DNA of 64,000 nt, taken from positions 96,001 to 160,000 of the forward strand of contig CAVURN010000001.1 in assembly GCA_963743915.1 (NCBI GenBank). Reading direction: 5' to 3'. The first letter of the stretch is position 1; each line of letters opens with the position of its first letter. Both the position numbers and the translations under genes were made by a program. The notes beneath the pieces are model-generated. The model was not told the DNA's origin, made no database searches, and was given only the letters and a program-made list of their open reading frames with translations. Below are positions 1 through 7,968 of this stretch, one piece after another. Source of the DNA: an uncultured Actinomycetota bacterium (lineage in GTDB: Bacteria > Actinomycetota > Actinomycetes > JAHEKZ01).

Positions 1-221
1 GTCATGAGGCAGTCCTGGTCAGCCACCAGCTGCCCATCTGGATCACTCGCACACACGTCGAGGGGCGTCGCCTCTGGCACGACCCACGCAAGCGCGAGTG
101 CTCTTTGGCCAGTCTCACCTCGTTCACGTATCGAGGAGACGACATCGTCGCTGTCACCTACAGTGAGCCCGCCCGCGACCTGCTGCCGGCGTCGGTCAAC
201 AAGCAGAAGTCCGGGGCCTGA
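1..221 (+). CDS. Histidine phosphatase family protein, C-terminal part (truncated at window edge)
   Basis: Manual translation from position 3: HEAVLVSHQLPIWITRTHVEGRRLWHDPRKRECSLASLTSF...GA*. The VSHQLPIW and HDPR..R.C.LASLTS motifs match the phosphatase usually upstream of actinobacterial resA-ccdA. Not in the ORF track. Confidence 0.8.
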   Translation, partial: HEAVLVSHQLPIWITRTHVEGRRLWHDPRKRECSLASLTSFTYRGDDIVAVTYSEPARDLLPASVNKQKSGA

Positions 222-226
222 CGCAC

Positions 227-802
227 ATGCCGGTGACGCGCGGGGCCGGGATCGCCCTGGGGCTCCTCCTGTTCCTGACCGGATGCACCGACGCATCGTC
301 CGGTGTCGAGTCTGAGGGCGGGCAGGGGTTCGTGTCCGGTGACGGCTCCGCTCAGGTGATCGCTCCGGCAGACCGGACGGTCGCACCGGAGGTGTCCGGC
401 ACCACCCTCGACGGCGAACCGCTCGCTCTCTCCGACTTCGCCGGTGACGTCGTGGTCGTCAACGTGTGGGGATCGTGGTGTGCTCCGTGCCGTGCCGAGG
501 CTGAGGCGCTCCAGCAGGTGTACCTGGACCAGAAGCAGGACGGCGTGCGCTTCGTCGGACTCAACACCCGCGACCAGCAGGCGGCCGCGCTCGCCTTCGA
601 GCAGCGGTTCGGCATCACGTATCCGAGCCTGGTCGACGAGAGTGGTCAGCTGCAGCTCGCGTTCCGCGACTCGCTGCCGCCGAACGCGATCCCGTCCACC
701 CTCGTCATCGACCGCGACGGTGGCATCGCTGCCCGCGTGGTCGGGCCTACCACCTACTCCCAGCTCTCCGAGCTGGTCGGCGACGTCGCCGCGGAGTCCT
801 GA
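227..802 (+). CDS. resA: TlpA/ResA thiol-disulfide oxidoreductase lipoprotein
   Basis: Lipobox LTGC, WCAPC CxxC motif, IPST cis-Pro loop; adjacent to ccdA. Confidence 0.9.
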   Translation: MPVTRGAGIALGLLLFLTGCTDASSGVESEGGQGFVSGDGSAQVIAPADRTVAPEVSGTTLDGEPLALSDFAGDVVVVNVWGSWCAPCRAEAEALQQVYLDQKQDGVRFVGLNTRDQQAAALAFEQRFGITYPSLVDESGQLQLAFRDSLPPNAIPSTLVIDRDGGIAARVVGPTTYSQLSELVGDVAAES

Positions 803-1561
803 GTGCTTGCGACGCTGCTCGTCGACCCGGCCGAGACCGTCACCAGCGGGTCTTTCCTGCTGGCGGCAGCCATCGCCTTCGCCGCGGGTGTGGTCTCGTT
901 CGCCTCGCCCTGCGTCCTGCCACTGGTACCTGCCTACCTGTCCTACGTCACCGGGCTGATCGGCATCGACCTTGGTGACGCCAAGCGCGGACGTCTGCTC
1001 CTCGGCACCGCTCTCTTCGTCGCAGGGTTCACCGTCGTGTTCGTCTCGTACGGCGCGCTGTTCGGAGGTCTCGGTGGTCTGCTGCTCGACCACTTCGACG
1101 CCATCACCCGCGTACTGGGTGTCTTCACGATCATCTTCGGTCTCGCGTTCATGGGCCTGGTCCCCTGGCTCAACCGCGACTGGCACCCTGCTCGTCGCGC
1201 CTCGATGGGGCTCGTCGGAGCCCCCTTGCTCGGCGTCCTCTTCGGTCTCGGCTGGACGCCGTGCATCGGACCCACCCTTGCGGCTGTGCAGACGCTCGCG
1301 ATCGACTCAGCCAGTGCCGGACGTGGTGCCGCGCTGTCCGCCGTCTACTGCATCGGACTGGGCCTGCCGTTCCTGCTGGTGGCGCTGGCGTTCCGCAAGG
1401 CGTTCGGCGCCATGGCGTGGATGAAGCGGCACTACGTTCTCCTCATGAGGATCGGCGGCGGCATGCTCGTGGTCCTGGGAGTCCTCATGGTCACCGGGCT
1501 CTGGCAGGAGCTGTCGATCCAGATGCGGGTGTGGACCACGAGCTTCGGGGTGCCCTTCTAG
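803..1561 (+). CDS. ccdA: Cytochrome c biogenesis protein CcdA
   Basis: [12 protein letters not shown] and [10 protein letters not shown] motifs, about 6 TM helices. Confidence 0.95.
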   Translation: MLATLLVDPAETVTSGSFLLAAAIAFAAGVVSFASPCVLPLVPAYLSYVTGLIGIDLGDAKRGRLLLGTALFVAGFTVVFVSYGALFGGLGGLLLDHFDAITRVLGVFTIIFGLAFMGLVPWLNRDWHPARRASMGLVGAPLLGVLFGLGWTPCIGPTLAAVQTLAIDSASAGRGAALSAVYCIGLGLPFLLVALAFRKAFGAMAWMKRHYVLLMRIGGGMLVVLGVLMVTGLWQELSIQMRVWTTSFGVPF

Positions 1562-3138
1562 TGCCGGCCGACGTCATCGATCCGCTCACCGAGCAGCCGG
1601 ACCCCGTCCGCCAGCCGTCGCTGGGGTTCGTCGGGGGACTTCGGTGGATGTGGCGCCAGCTGACGTCCATGCGTACCGCGCTCATCCTGCTCTTCCTGCT
1701 GGCCCTCGCTGCCGTTCCCGGGTCGGTGTTCCCACAGCGAGGCGTCGCACCGCTGCGGGTGCAGGAGTACCTGCAGGACAACCCCACCCTCGGGGAGTGG
1801 CTGGACCGGTTCCGTCTCTTCGACGTGTACGCCGCGCCATGGTTCGCGGCCATCTACCTGCTCCTGATGGTGTCGCTCGCAGGCTGCATCCTGCCGCGTT
1901 GCCTGCAGTACGCGCGCAACCTGCGCGCTGTGCCCCCTGCAGCACCCCGCAACCTCGCACGCATGCCCGAGCACCGGGTCTTCACAGTCGACACCGAGCC
2001 TGCCGAGGTTCTGTCCGACGCCTCGTCACTGCTGCGCCGCAGCCGGTTCCGACTGCGTCCGTACGAGGAAGGCTCGGATGCCGTCGCGGCCGAGAAGGGG
2101 TACCTGCACGAGGTCGGGAACCTGGTCTTCCACCTCGCCCTGCTCGTGCTGCTCGTCGGCGTCGCCTGGGGGGCATGGTTCGGCTACCGCGGCACGGTCG
2201 TCGTCATCGAGGGCGAGGGATTCGCGAACACGCTCACCCAGTACGACGACTTCCAGCCAGGCCGCGGCTTCTCCACCGGGCTCCTGGCGCCGTTCTCCTT
2301 CACGCTGGACGACTTCGAGGCGCGATTCCTCGAGTCCGGCCCGAACCGTGGACAGCCCGACCAGTACCTCGCCGATGTGACGTTCCGGGAGACTCCGGAA
2401 GCCCCGCCGCAGACGCAGCGGGTCTCGGTCAACCATCCGCTCGACGCCGAGGGGGCGAAGGTCTTCCTGCTCGGCCACGGCTACGCGCCGCGGTTCACCG
2501 TGCGGGACGGTGACGGTGATGTGGTGTTCTCCGGGCCGGTGGCGGCGCTGCCCCAGGACCCCTCGTTCACGTCGACGACCGTGGTGAAGGTGCCGGACGC
2601 GCAACCCCAGCAGCTCGGTTTCAACGTCACCGTGACGCCGACCGCTCCCGAGCGCATCGACCCGACCACCGGCCCGCGGTCCACCTTCCCCGAGGCGAAC
2701 GATCCTCGGGTCTACCTCGGCGCCTGGTCCGGGGACCTGGGGCTGGACTCGGGCATTCCCCAGAACGTCTACCAGCTGGACACCACCGACATGGAGCAGC
2801 TGGGACGCAAGGATCTCGGCGTCGGCGAGACCTGGGAGTTGCCGGACGGGCTCGGGTCCATCACCTTCGACGGCCTGGCGGAGTTCGCCAACGTGCAGGT
2901 GGCCTCCGATCCCGGACGCGGCCTTGCCCTGCTGGCTGCGGTGGCAGCCATGATCGGGATCTCACTCTCCCTGCTGGTCCGGCGCCGACGGGTGTGGGTG
3001 CGCGCCACGACCGACGACCGGGGACGTACCCTCGTCGAGGTGGCGGGCCTGGCCCCGACGGAGTGGGCTGCGCTGGCCGGTGAGGTGGACGCCGTGGCAG
3101 CGGCCCTGGACGACGACGCAGCGAGGGAGCAGGCGTGA
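1561..3138 (+). CDS. resB: Cytochrome c biogenesis protein ResB
   Basis: WRQLTSMRTALILLFLLALAAVPGS and GNLVFHLAL motifs. GTG at 1561 overlaps the ccdA stop; the ORF-track start at 1261 is over-extended. Confidence 0.93.
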   Translation: MPADVIDPLTEQPDPVRQPSLGFVGGLRWMWRQLTSMRTALILLFLLALAAVPGSVFPQRGVAPLRVQEYLQDNPTLGEWLDRFRLFDVYAAPWFAAIYLLLMVSLAGCILPRCLQYARNLRAVPPAAPRNLARMPEHRVFTVDTEPAEVLSDASSLLRRSRFRLRPYEEGSDAVAAEKGYLHEVGNLVFHLALLVLLVGVAWGAWFGYRGTVVVIEGEGFANTLTQYDDFQPGRGFSTGLLAPFSFTLDDFEARFLESGPNRGQPDQYLADVTFRETPEAPPQTQRVSVNHPLDAEGAKVFLLGHGYAPRFTVRDGDGDVVFSGPVAALPQDPSFTSTTVVKVPDAQPQQLGFNVTVTPTAPERIDPTTGPRSTFPEANDPRVYLGAWSGDLGLDSGIPQNVYQLDTTDMEQLGRKDLGVGETWELPDGLGSITFDGLAEFANVQVASDPGRGLALLAAVAAMIGISLSLLVRRRRVWVRATTDDRGRTLVEVAGLAPTEWAALAGEVDAVAAALDDDAAREQA

Positions 3139-4118
3139 GCAGCGAGACCTGGGCACATCTCAGCAACGCGCTGGTCTACAGCACGATCGTCGTGCTCTTC
3201 CTGGCCGTGGTCGCCTTCGCCCTCGACCTGGCGTTCGGGTCCGGACGCCGTCGAGCGCTGCAGGCGCAGCAGCGTCGGGTGGCGCTGCAACGACAGGCCG
3301 CCAGTGGGGGAGTGGCCACCGTGACGGCGCCCCCGAGCCAGGGGCAGGTCGACGAGCGTTACGCGCGGGTGGGTGTGTCGCTCACCACGCTGGCCGCTCT
3401 CCTGGCGGTCGCGGCGGTGCTCACACGGGGGCTCGCCGCCCAGCGGCCGCCCTGGGGCAACATGTACGAGTTCACCGTCACCGGCGTGGCGGTCCTGCTG
3501 GTCATCTGGGTGGGCATGCTGCGCCGTCGCCCGGAGTGGCGTGACCTCGGCATCCTCGTCACCCTCTTCACGCTGCTGCTGCTCGGCGTCGCAGTGCTCG
3601 TGCTCTACACCGAGTCGGCCGAGCTGGTGCCTGCACTCAAGTCGTACTGGCTGTGGATCCACGTGTCGGCGGCCATCATCAGCAGCGCCGTCTTCACGGT
3701 GGGTTCGCTCGCCTCCGTGGCCTACCTCGTGGTGGAGCGCTACGAGCGCCGCGCGGCGTCCGGCAGCACCGGCGGCCTGCTCGACTCACTGGGCGCGCGG
3801 CTGCCTGAGTCGGCGCGGCTGGACCGGGTGGCCTACCAGACGATCGCCTTCGCCTTCCCGCTCTGGTTCTTCGCGGTGGTCGCCGGTGCCATCTGGGCCG
3901 AGGACGCGTGGGGTCGCTACTGGGGCTGGGACCCGAAGGAGACCTGGTCCTTCGTCACGTTGGTGATCTACGCGGCCTACCTGCACGCACGCGCGACGGC
4001 CGGCTGGCGTGGGCGTCCGGCGGCGATCATCGCGATCGTCGGCCTCGCCGCATTCCTCTTCAGCTACTTCGGGGTGAACATCTTCTTCGTGGGCCTGCAC
4101 TCGTACGGCGGCGTCTAG
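3135..4118 (+). CDS. ccsB: Cytochrome c assembly protein CcsB/ResC
   Basis: PWGNMYEF, WWD domain WAEDAWGRYWGWDPKETW, C-terminal GLHSY. Confidence 0.95.
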   Translation: MSSETWAHLSNALVYSTIVVLFLAVVAFALDLAFGSGRRRALQAQQRRVALQRQAASGGVATVTAPPSQGQVDERYARVGVSLTTLAALLAVAAVLTRGLAAQRPPWGNMYEFTVTGVAVLLVIWVGMLRRRPEWRDLGILVTLFTLLLLGVAVLVLYTESAELVPALKSYWLWIHVSAAIISSAVFTVGSLASVAYLVVERYERRAASGSTGGLLDSLGARLPESARLDRVAYQTIAFAFPLWFFAVVAGAIWAEDAWGRYWGWDPKETWSFVTLVIYAAYLHARATAGWRGRPAAIIAIVGLAAFLFSYFGVNIFFVGLHSYGGV

Positions 4119-4137
4119 TTCCGCCGGGTGTGGGTCG

Positions 4138-4296
4138 GGAGGGTCTTCCGAAACAGACGAAATCCTTCATCGAAGGATTGCGTGCGGTTCTCGGAACTCA
4201 GCGGCGGCAGAACCGCAAGGGATCCTCCCTTGGAGCACTGTCTGCGGCCCAGCAGCGGCCGAGCCATGAACCTCCGGGAACGCTCCAGCGACAGTG
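4138..4296. repeat. Multi-hairpin palindromic intergenic element between convergent genes
   Basis: Inverted repeats AATCCTTC/GAAGGATT (4161-4179), TGCGGTTCT/AGAACCGCA (4183-4217), CAAGGGA/TCCCTTG (4216-4232), CACTGTC/GACAGTG (4236-4296). Confidence 0.55.
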
Positions 4297-4320
4297 GCGT
4301 GCGGCTCCCCTGCTTGTGCG

Positions 4321-4566
4321 TCAGGACGCCGGAGGCTCCTGCTCTCGTTCCGGTTCGTCGCGTTCCCGCCGCTCTCGCTGCTGCTGCTCCCACAGCTGGG
4401 CGTCGAGGTCGCGCAAGAAGGTCGGGTCGTCGTCCGGGGCGATGGGCTTGCGGGGCCGGACGCCACCACCGCCGCCTCCACCGCCGCCACCGCGACGCTG
4501 CACCAGGCGGATGACCAGGTAGATGAGGACGGCGAGCACGAGAAGCACAGGGAGGAACCGAAGCAA
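4321..4566 (-). CDS. Small single-pass membrane protein with APDDDP motif (related to actinobacterial PLDc_N-type proteins)
   Basis: GGAGG RBS before TTG, N-terminal TM helix, Gly10 linker, PIAPDDDPTFL motif, charged tail. Confidence 0.75.
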   Translation of the reverse strand: MLRFLPVLLVLAVLIYLVIRLVQRRGGGGGGGGGGVRPRKPIAPDDDPTFLRDLDAQLWEQQQRERRERDEPEREQEPPAS

Positions 4567-4716
4567 GGCGTCACCTCCGTCTGCCGCGGGGGAGCCGAAC
4601 TGCGTCCCCGGTTTCTAGGCTAACCACCCGGCGCGGGTGCGGCAGCCCGGGTGTCCGCCCCGGAGATGCTGGCACCAGGCGGGCACGGAGTCCGCGCGAC
4701 GCCGCCGGACAGCGCA

Positions 4717-4827
4717 GCACCCCCGGACACCGTGCGGAAGGCGACGGTGGCGGGGGTGCCGGGGTTCTCAGGGAGGGGACCCCGAGAGGGCTCTCCGACG
4801 GCTGGATGAGGGGACGCCGCCGGAGAG
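4717..4827 (-). ncRNA. Candidate structured RNA or 3'UTR: three tandem hairpins with C-rich loops
   Basis: Minus-strand loops GUCCCCUCAUCCA, CCCCUCCCUGAGA and CGCCUUCCGC, each closed by a GC-rich stem. Confidence 0.4.
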
Positions 4828-4843
4828 AAGCCGTAGGGTCAGG

Positions 4844-4978
4844 TCAGTGCGAGCGCCCCTTCAGGACCGAGCGAACGCGCTTGAGGGTGGCGGGGTTCGC
4901 GTGGCGAACCCGCAGCCGTTCCGCTTCAAGCTCGAGCACGCGGACGTGGGCGCGAGCAACCTCGAGCGAGGGAACCAT
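4844..4978 (-). CDS. Unannotated 44-aa basic small protein
   Basis: MVPSLEVARAHVRVLELEAERLRVRHANPATLKRVRSVLKGRSH*. GGAG 9 nt before ATG and an upstream TTGGAC-N18-TAGTAT promoter. Confidence 0.65.
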   Translation of the reverse strand: MVPSLEVARAHVRVLELEAERLRVRHANPATLKRVRSVLKGRSH

Positions 4979-5038
4979 GATTCTCAACTCCAGTGTCTTT
5001 CTCTTCGATTCGTGGCCTGGTTGGCCCCGATGGCTTCA

Positions 5039-5068
5039 ATACTAAGGCATGAATCGGACTTGGTCCAA
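5039..5068 (-). promoter_or_regulatory. Putative sigma-70 promoter of the small ORF
   Basis: -35 TTGGAC (5063-5068), 18-nt spacer, -10 TAGTAT (5039-5044). Confidence 0.45.
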
Positions 5069-5088
5069 TGATTACGAGCCTCTAGGGG

Positions 5089-5646
5089 ATGAACACCTTG
5101 CAAACGGAGAATGTTCCCGGGTCCGCCCGGGACGCCACCACGACCGGTGGGCTGCCGGTGATCGGGCGCGGCTCCCGTCGCCGGGACGTCCTGGACGCTG
5201 TCGACCGCACGATCATCACCGCGCTCCGGGCCAACGCACGGATCCCCTACGCCGACCTGGCCCGGCTGGTGGGCCTGTCCGGCCCGAGCGTGGCCGACCG
5301 GGTCAAGCGGCTCGAGCAGACCGGGGTGATCACCGGGTACCACGCCGCGGTCGCCCCCGCGGCCCTCGGTCTCGGGGCCGTGGCCATCGTGGGCATCGAG
5401 CAGTCCGACGACGGGGACCAGGATGAGATCGCCGAGTGCCTGAGCGAGCTGAGCGAGGTCGAGGACTGCTGGTTCGTGGCCGGTGACGAGTCGTTCATCC
5501 TCAAGGTACGGGTCAGTGACATCGACGCGCTGGAGAAGTCTCTGGGGCGGCTCCGCAAGATCCCGGGTGTGTCGCGGACGCACACCACCGTGGTGCTCTC
5601 GACCCGGTTCGAAGGTCGTGCGGCCCTGCCCCCCGAGGGCGAATGA
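5089..5646 (+). CDS. Lrp/AsnC family transcriptional regulator
   Basis: LDAVDRTIITALRANARIPYADLARLVGLS...VKRLEQTGVITGY HTH plus RAM domain; start uncertain. Confidence 0.93.
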   Translation: MNTLQTENVPGSARDATTTGGLPVIGRGSRRRDVLDAVDRTIITALRANARIPYADLARLVGLSGPSVADRVKRLEQTGVITGYHAAVAPAALGLGAVAIVGIEQSDDGDQDEIAECLSELSEVEDCWFVAGDESFILKVRVSDIDALEKSLGRLRKIPGVSRTHTTVVLSTRFEGRAALPPEGE

Positions 5647-5999
5647 CGCTGCAGGACAATGACGGGGTGCCCGACAACCCTCCGCCCGTCCCCACCGTGG
5701 CCGGCCAGCCGTGGTGGATGCGTCACCCGACGCTCTCCTACTCGATCGCCCGGCTGGCACTGTTCCTCGTGCCCTTCCTGATCCTGGTGATCTTCCTCGA
5801 CCCGATGCTCGCGCTCGTCATCGCCTTCGTCCTCTCGGCGGTCGCCAGCATCTTCGTGCTGTCACGCATGCGCGACGCGATGTCGGTGTCGATCGCCTCG
5901 CGGGCCGAGCGTGCCCAGCAGAAGATGGCCGAACGGGCGGCGTCCGAGGACGCGTGGGACGACGCGCAACGCCGGGACGAGGACGCGTCAGACCACTGA
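5643..5999 (+). CDS. DUF4229-like small membrane protein
   Basis: YSIARLALF, two TM helices, charged tail; ATGA overlap with lrp; usual neighbour of actinobacterial menA. Confidence 0.75.
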   Translation: MTLQDNDGVPDNPPPVPTVAGQPWWMRHPTLSYSIARLALFLVPFLILVIFLDPMLALVIAFVLSAVASIFVLSRMRDAMSVSIASRAERAQQKMAERAASEDAWDDAQRRDEDASDH

Positions 6000-7229
6000 G
6001 GTGACTGCTGGCTCGGCGAGCGGCTCCTCGTCGAGGCGCCGGAGTGAGGGTGCGACGGAGGCGAGCAGGGCGATCACCGTCGTGGTCGCAGCCCCGACGA
6101 CGAGGGTCGTGGTCACGCCGAATCGTTCGGCCAGCAGACCGGCCAGCACCGCACCGATCGGGTAGGCCCCGTACGCGAGGGCGATCACGACCCCCATGGC
6201 GCGTCCCCGCATGCTCTCAGGGGTCCGGCGCTGGAGCGCCAGGTTGACGATCGGGTTCATGGGACCCAGCAGGGCACCGCTGATGACGGCCGCGATCGCC
6301 ATGACAGCGGTCTCCGGCCACACCGCGAACACGGCCAAACCGGCCGCCACACCCCACAGGCCGACCGCGAAGGTGCCACGCGGGTGCGCGTTGTGTCCCA
6401 CCGAGCCGTAGAGCAGGGCGCCGATGACGCCGCCCAGGCTGTACGCCATCACTACGGCGCCGAGACCCACCGGGTCGTCGTTGCCCTGGTACAGCACGGG
6501 AAGCACGATGCCGAGGACCGGGTAGGCCACAGCCACGATCCCGGTGGAGAGCAGCACCACCGAGCGCAGCGGGGCGTCGCCGAGGACCAGCCGGACGCCG
6601 TCCCATGTGCCGGACCAGAAGTAGGGCTGGTGCTCGTACTTCGGCCGCCCGGAGCCGGGCACGTGCACGAAGGCCAGAAGCACGGCGGACGCCACGAAGG
6701 CGACGGCCATGACCCAGAACGACGACTCCACCCCGACCGTGGCGATCATCCCGGCGCCGAGCGCGGGACCGACCAGGAAGGCCAATCCCCAGACCGCCTC
6801 GTGGATGCCGTTGACGCGCTCCAGCCGCATCCCGGTCGCCTGCGAGACACCCGTCAGCATCGACTCGCGCGCGGTCACGCCGGCCGGGTCGAAGATGGCG
6901 CCGAGGACCGCGAGCACGAGTACCCAGCCGAACGTGAGATCGGTCAGGAAGGCGACGACGGGGATCGCCGCGACGGACACCGCCGACAGCAGGTCGCTGA
7001 TCACCGACGTGCGTCGACGTCCGATGATGTCGACCACGGTTCCGGAGAACAGCGAGGCGAACAGGGTGGGGAGTCCTGAGACCAGTGCCACCAGTCCGGC
7101 AGCGTCGGCGCGGCCGGTGAGCTCGAGGACCAGCCAGGGCAGCGCGACCATGGCGACGCCGTTGGCGAGGCCGGCGAGCAGAGTGGAGCCTTCGAGGGCG
7201 ACAAAGGGCATGACGCGGGCGCGGGTCAT
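5988..7229 (-). CDS. MFS efflux transporter (Tap/Rv1258c-like)
   Basis: About 12 TM helices, motif A GTVVDIIGRRR, GAIFDPAGVTARESML. Confidence 0.88.
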   Translation of the reverse strand: MTRARVMPFVALEGSTLLAGLANGVAMVALPWLVLELTGRADAAGLVALVSGLPTLFASLFSGTVVDIIGRRRTSVISDLLSAVSVAAIPVVAFLTDLTFGWVLVLAVLGAIFDPAGVTARESMLTGVSQATGMRLERVNGIHEAVWGLAFLVGPALGAGMIATVGVESSFWVMAVAFVASAVLLAFVHVPGSGRPKYEHQPYFWSGTWDGVRLVLGDAPLRSVVLLSTGIVAVAYPVLGIVLPVLYQGNDDPVGLGAVVMAYSLGGVIGALLYGSVGHNAHPRGTFAVGLWGVAAGLAVFAVWPETAVMAIAAVISGALLGPMNPIVNLALQRRTPESMRGRAMGVVIALAYGAYPIGAVLAGLLAERFGVTTTLVVGAATTTVIALLASVAPSLRRLDEEPLAEPAVTSVV

Positions 7230-7789
7230 GGCGTGTCCGGGCGCGCGGCGATGCCCTCGAAGAGGGTGGTCATGATCAGGCGGGGGGCGTCCTGGAGCCA
7301 GATGCGCCCCTCGTCAGCGGTGTCCCAGGCGGTGAGGATGGCGCCGGCGTAGGCGTCGACCACCCACTTGACGGGCAGGTCGGTGCGCAGCGTTCCGTCG
7401 GCTCGGCCCCGCTCGACGGCGCGGGCGATCGGCTCGAGCGCCTCGTACCAGCGGCGGATGAGGTCGCGCGCGTTGAACACGTCAGGCTCGGCGTGCAGGA
7501 AGGCCAGGCTCGGCCCCAGCGGCACGACGGTGTCGGTGACGCGCTGCAGCGCGTCGAGGACGGGGCCGTGGTCGGGCTCGGCGGCCGCGATGGCCTCCTC
7601 CACCCGGTCCAGGGCGTCCTCGACCAGCGCGCGGATGAGCCCCTCGCGGGTGGGGAAGTAGCGGTGCAGGGTGGTGCGCCCGACGCCGGCGGCAGCAGCC
7701 ACCTCGGCCAGCGACGCCGCACTGTCCTTGGTGAGGACGGTCGTGGCGGCGTCCAGCAGCTCACGGCGCGTGCGGTCCGGGCGTCCCAT
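7226..7789 (-). CDS. TetR/AcrR family regulator
   Basis: SLAEVAAAAGVGRTTLHRYFPTRE HTH; translationally coupled to the MFS gene. Confidence 0.93.
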   Translation of the reverse strand: MGRPDRTRRELLDAATTVLTKDSAASLAEVAAAAGVGRTTLHRYFPTREGLIRALVEDALDRVEEAIAAAEPDHGPVLDALQRVTDTVVPLGPSLAFLHAEPDVFNARDLIRRWYEALEPIARAVERGRADGTLRTDLPVKWVVDAYAGAILTAWDTADEGRIWLQDAPRLIMTTLFEGIAARPDTP

Positions 7790-7807
7790 TGGGGCACTCC
7801 TGTTCTA

Positions 7808-7829
7808 ATTGGAACAACAATGCTCCAAT
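7808..7829. promoter_or_regulatory. Putative TetR operator overlapping the promoter
   Basis: ATTGGAACA-acaa-TGCTCCAAT inverted repeat (1 mismatch) next to minus-strand -10 TAGATT (7827-7832). Confidence 0.6.
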
Positions 7830-7838
7830 CTACCTGAT

Positions 7839-7968
7839 CGGGGGCCCTGTGACACCGCCGCCGTAGATCGGGACTCTGGGGCACCCCATCCGCCGGCGAA
7901 CAAGGGGTCCGGCGTCGATGGATCAGGCGATCCCTGCAATCAACGGGATCGGTGTCACAGGGCACCCG
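7839..7968. repeat. 130-bp element bounded by 19-bp inverted repeats (MITE/REP-like)
   Basis: CGGGGGCCCTGTGACACCG (7839-7857) versus CGGTGTCACAGGGCACCCG (7950-7968), 18/19 complementary. Confidence 0.55.

Noticed and set aside
4115-4393. 92-aa minus-strand ORF in the ccsB downstream spacer
   Set aside because: No RBS, atypical codons, overlaps a better-supported gene and a palindromic element
4717-4827. Canonical 6C RNA
   Set aside because: Loops lack uninterrupted runs of six C and there are three hairpins; reported only as 6C/cuckoo-like
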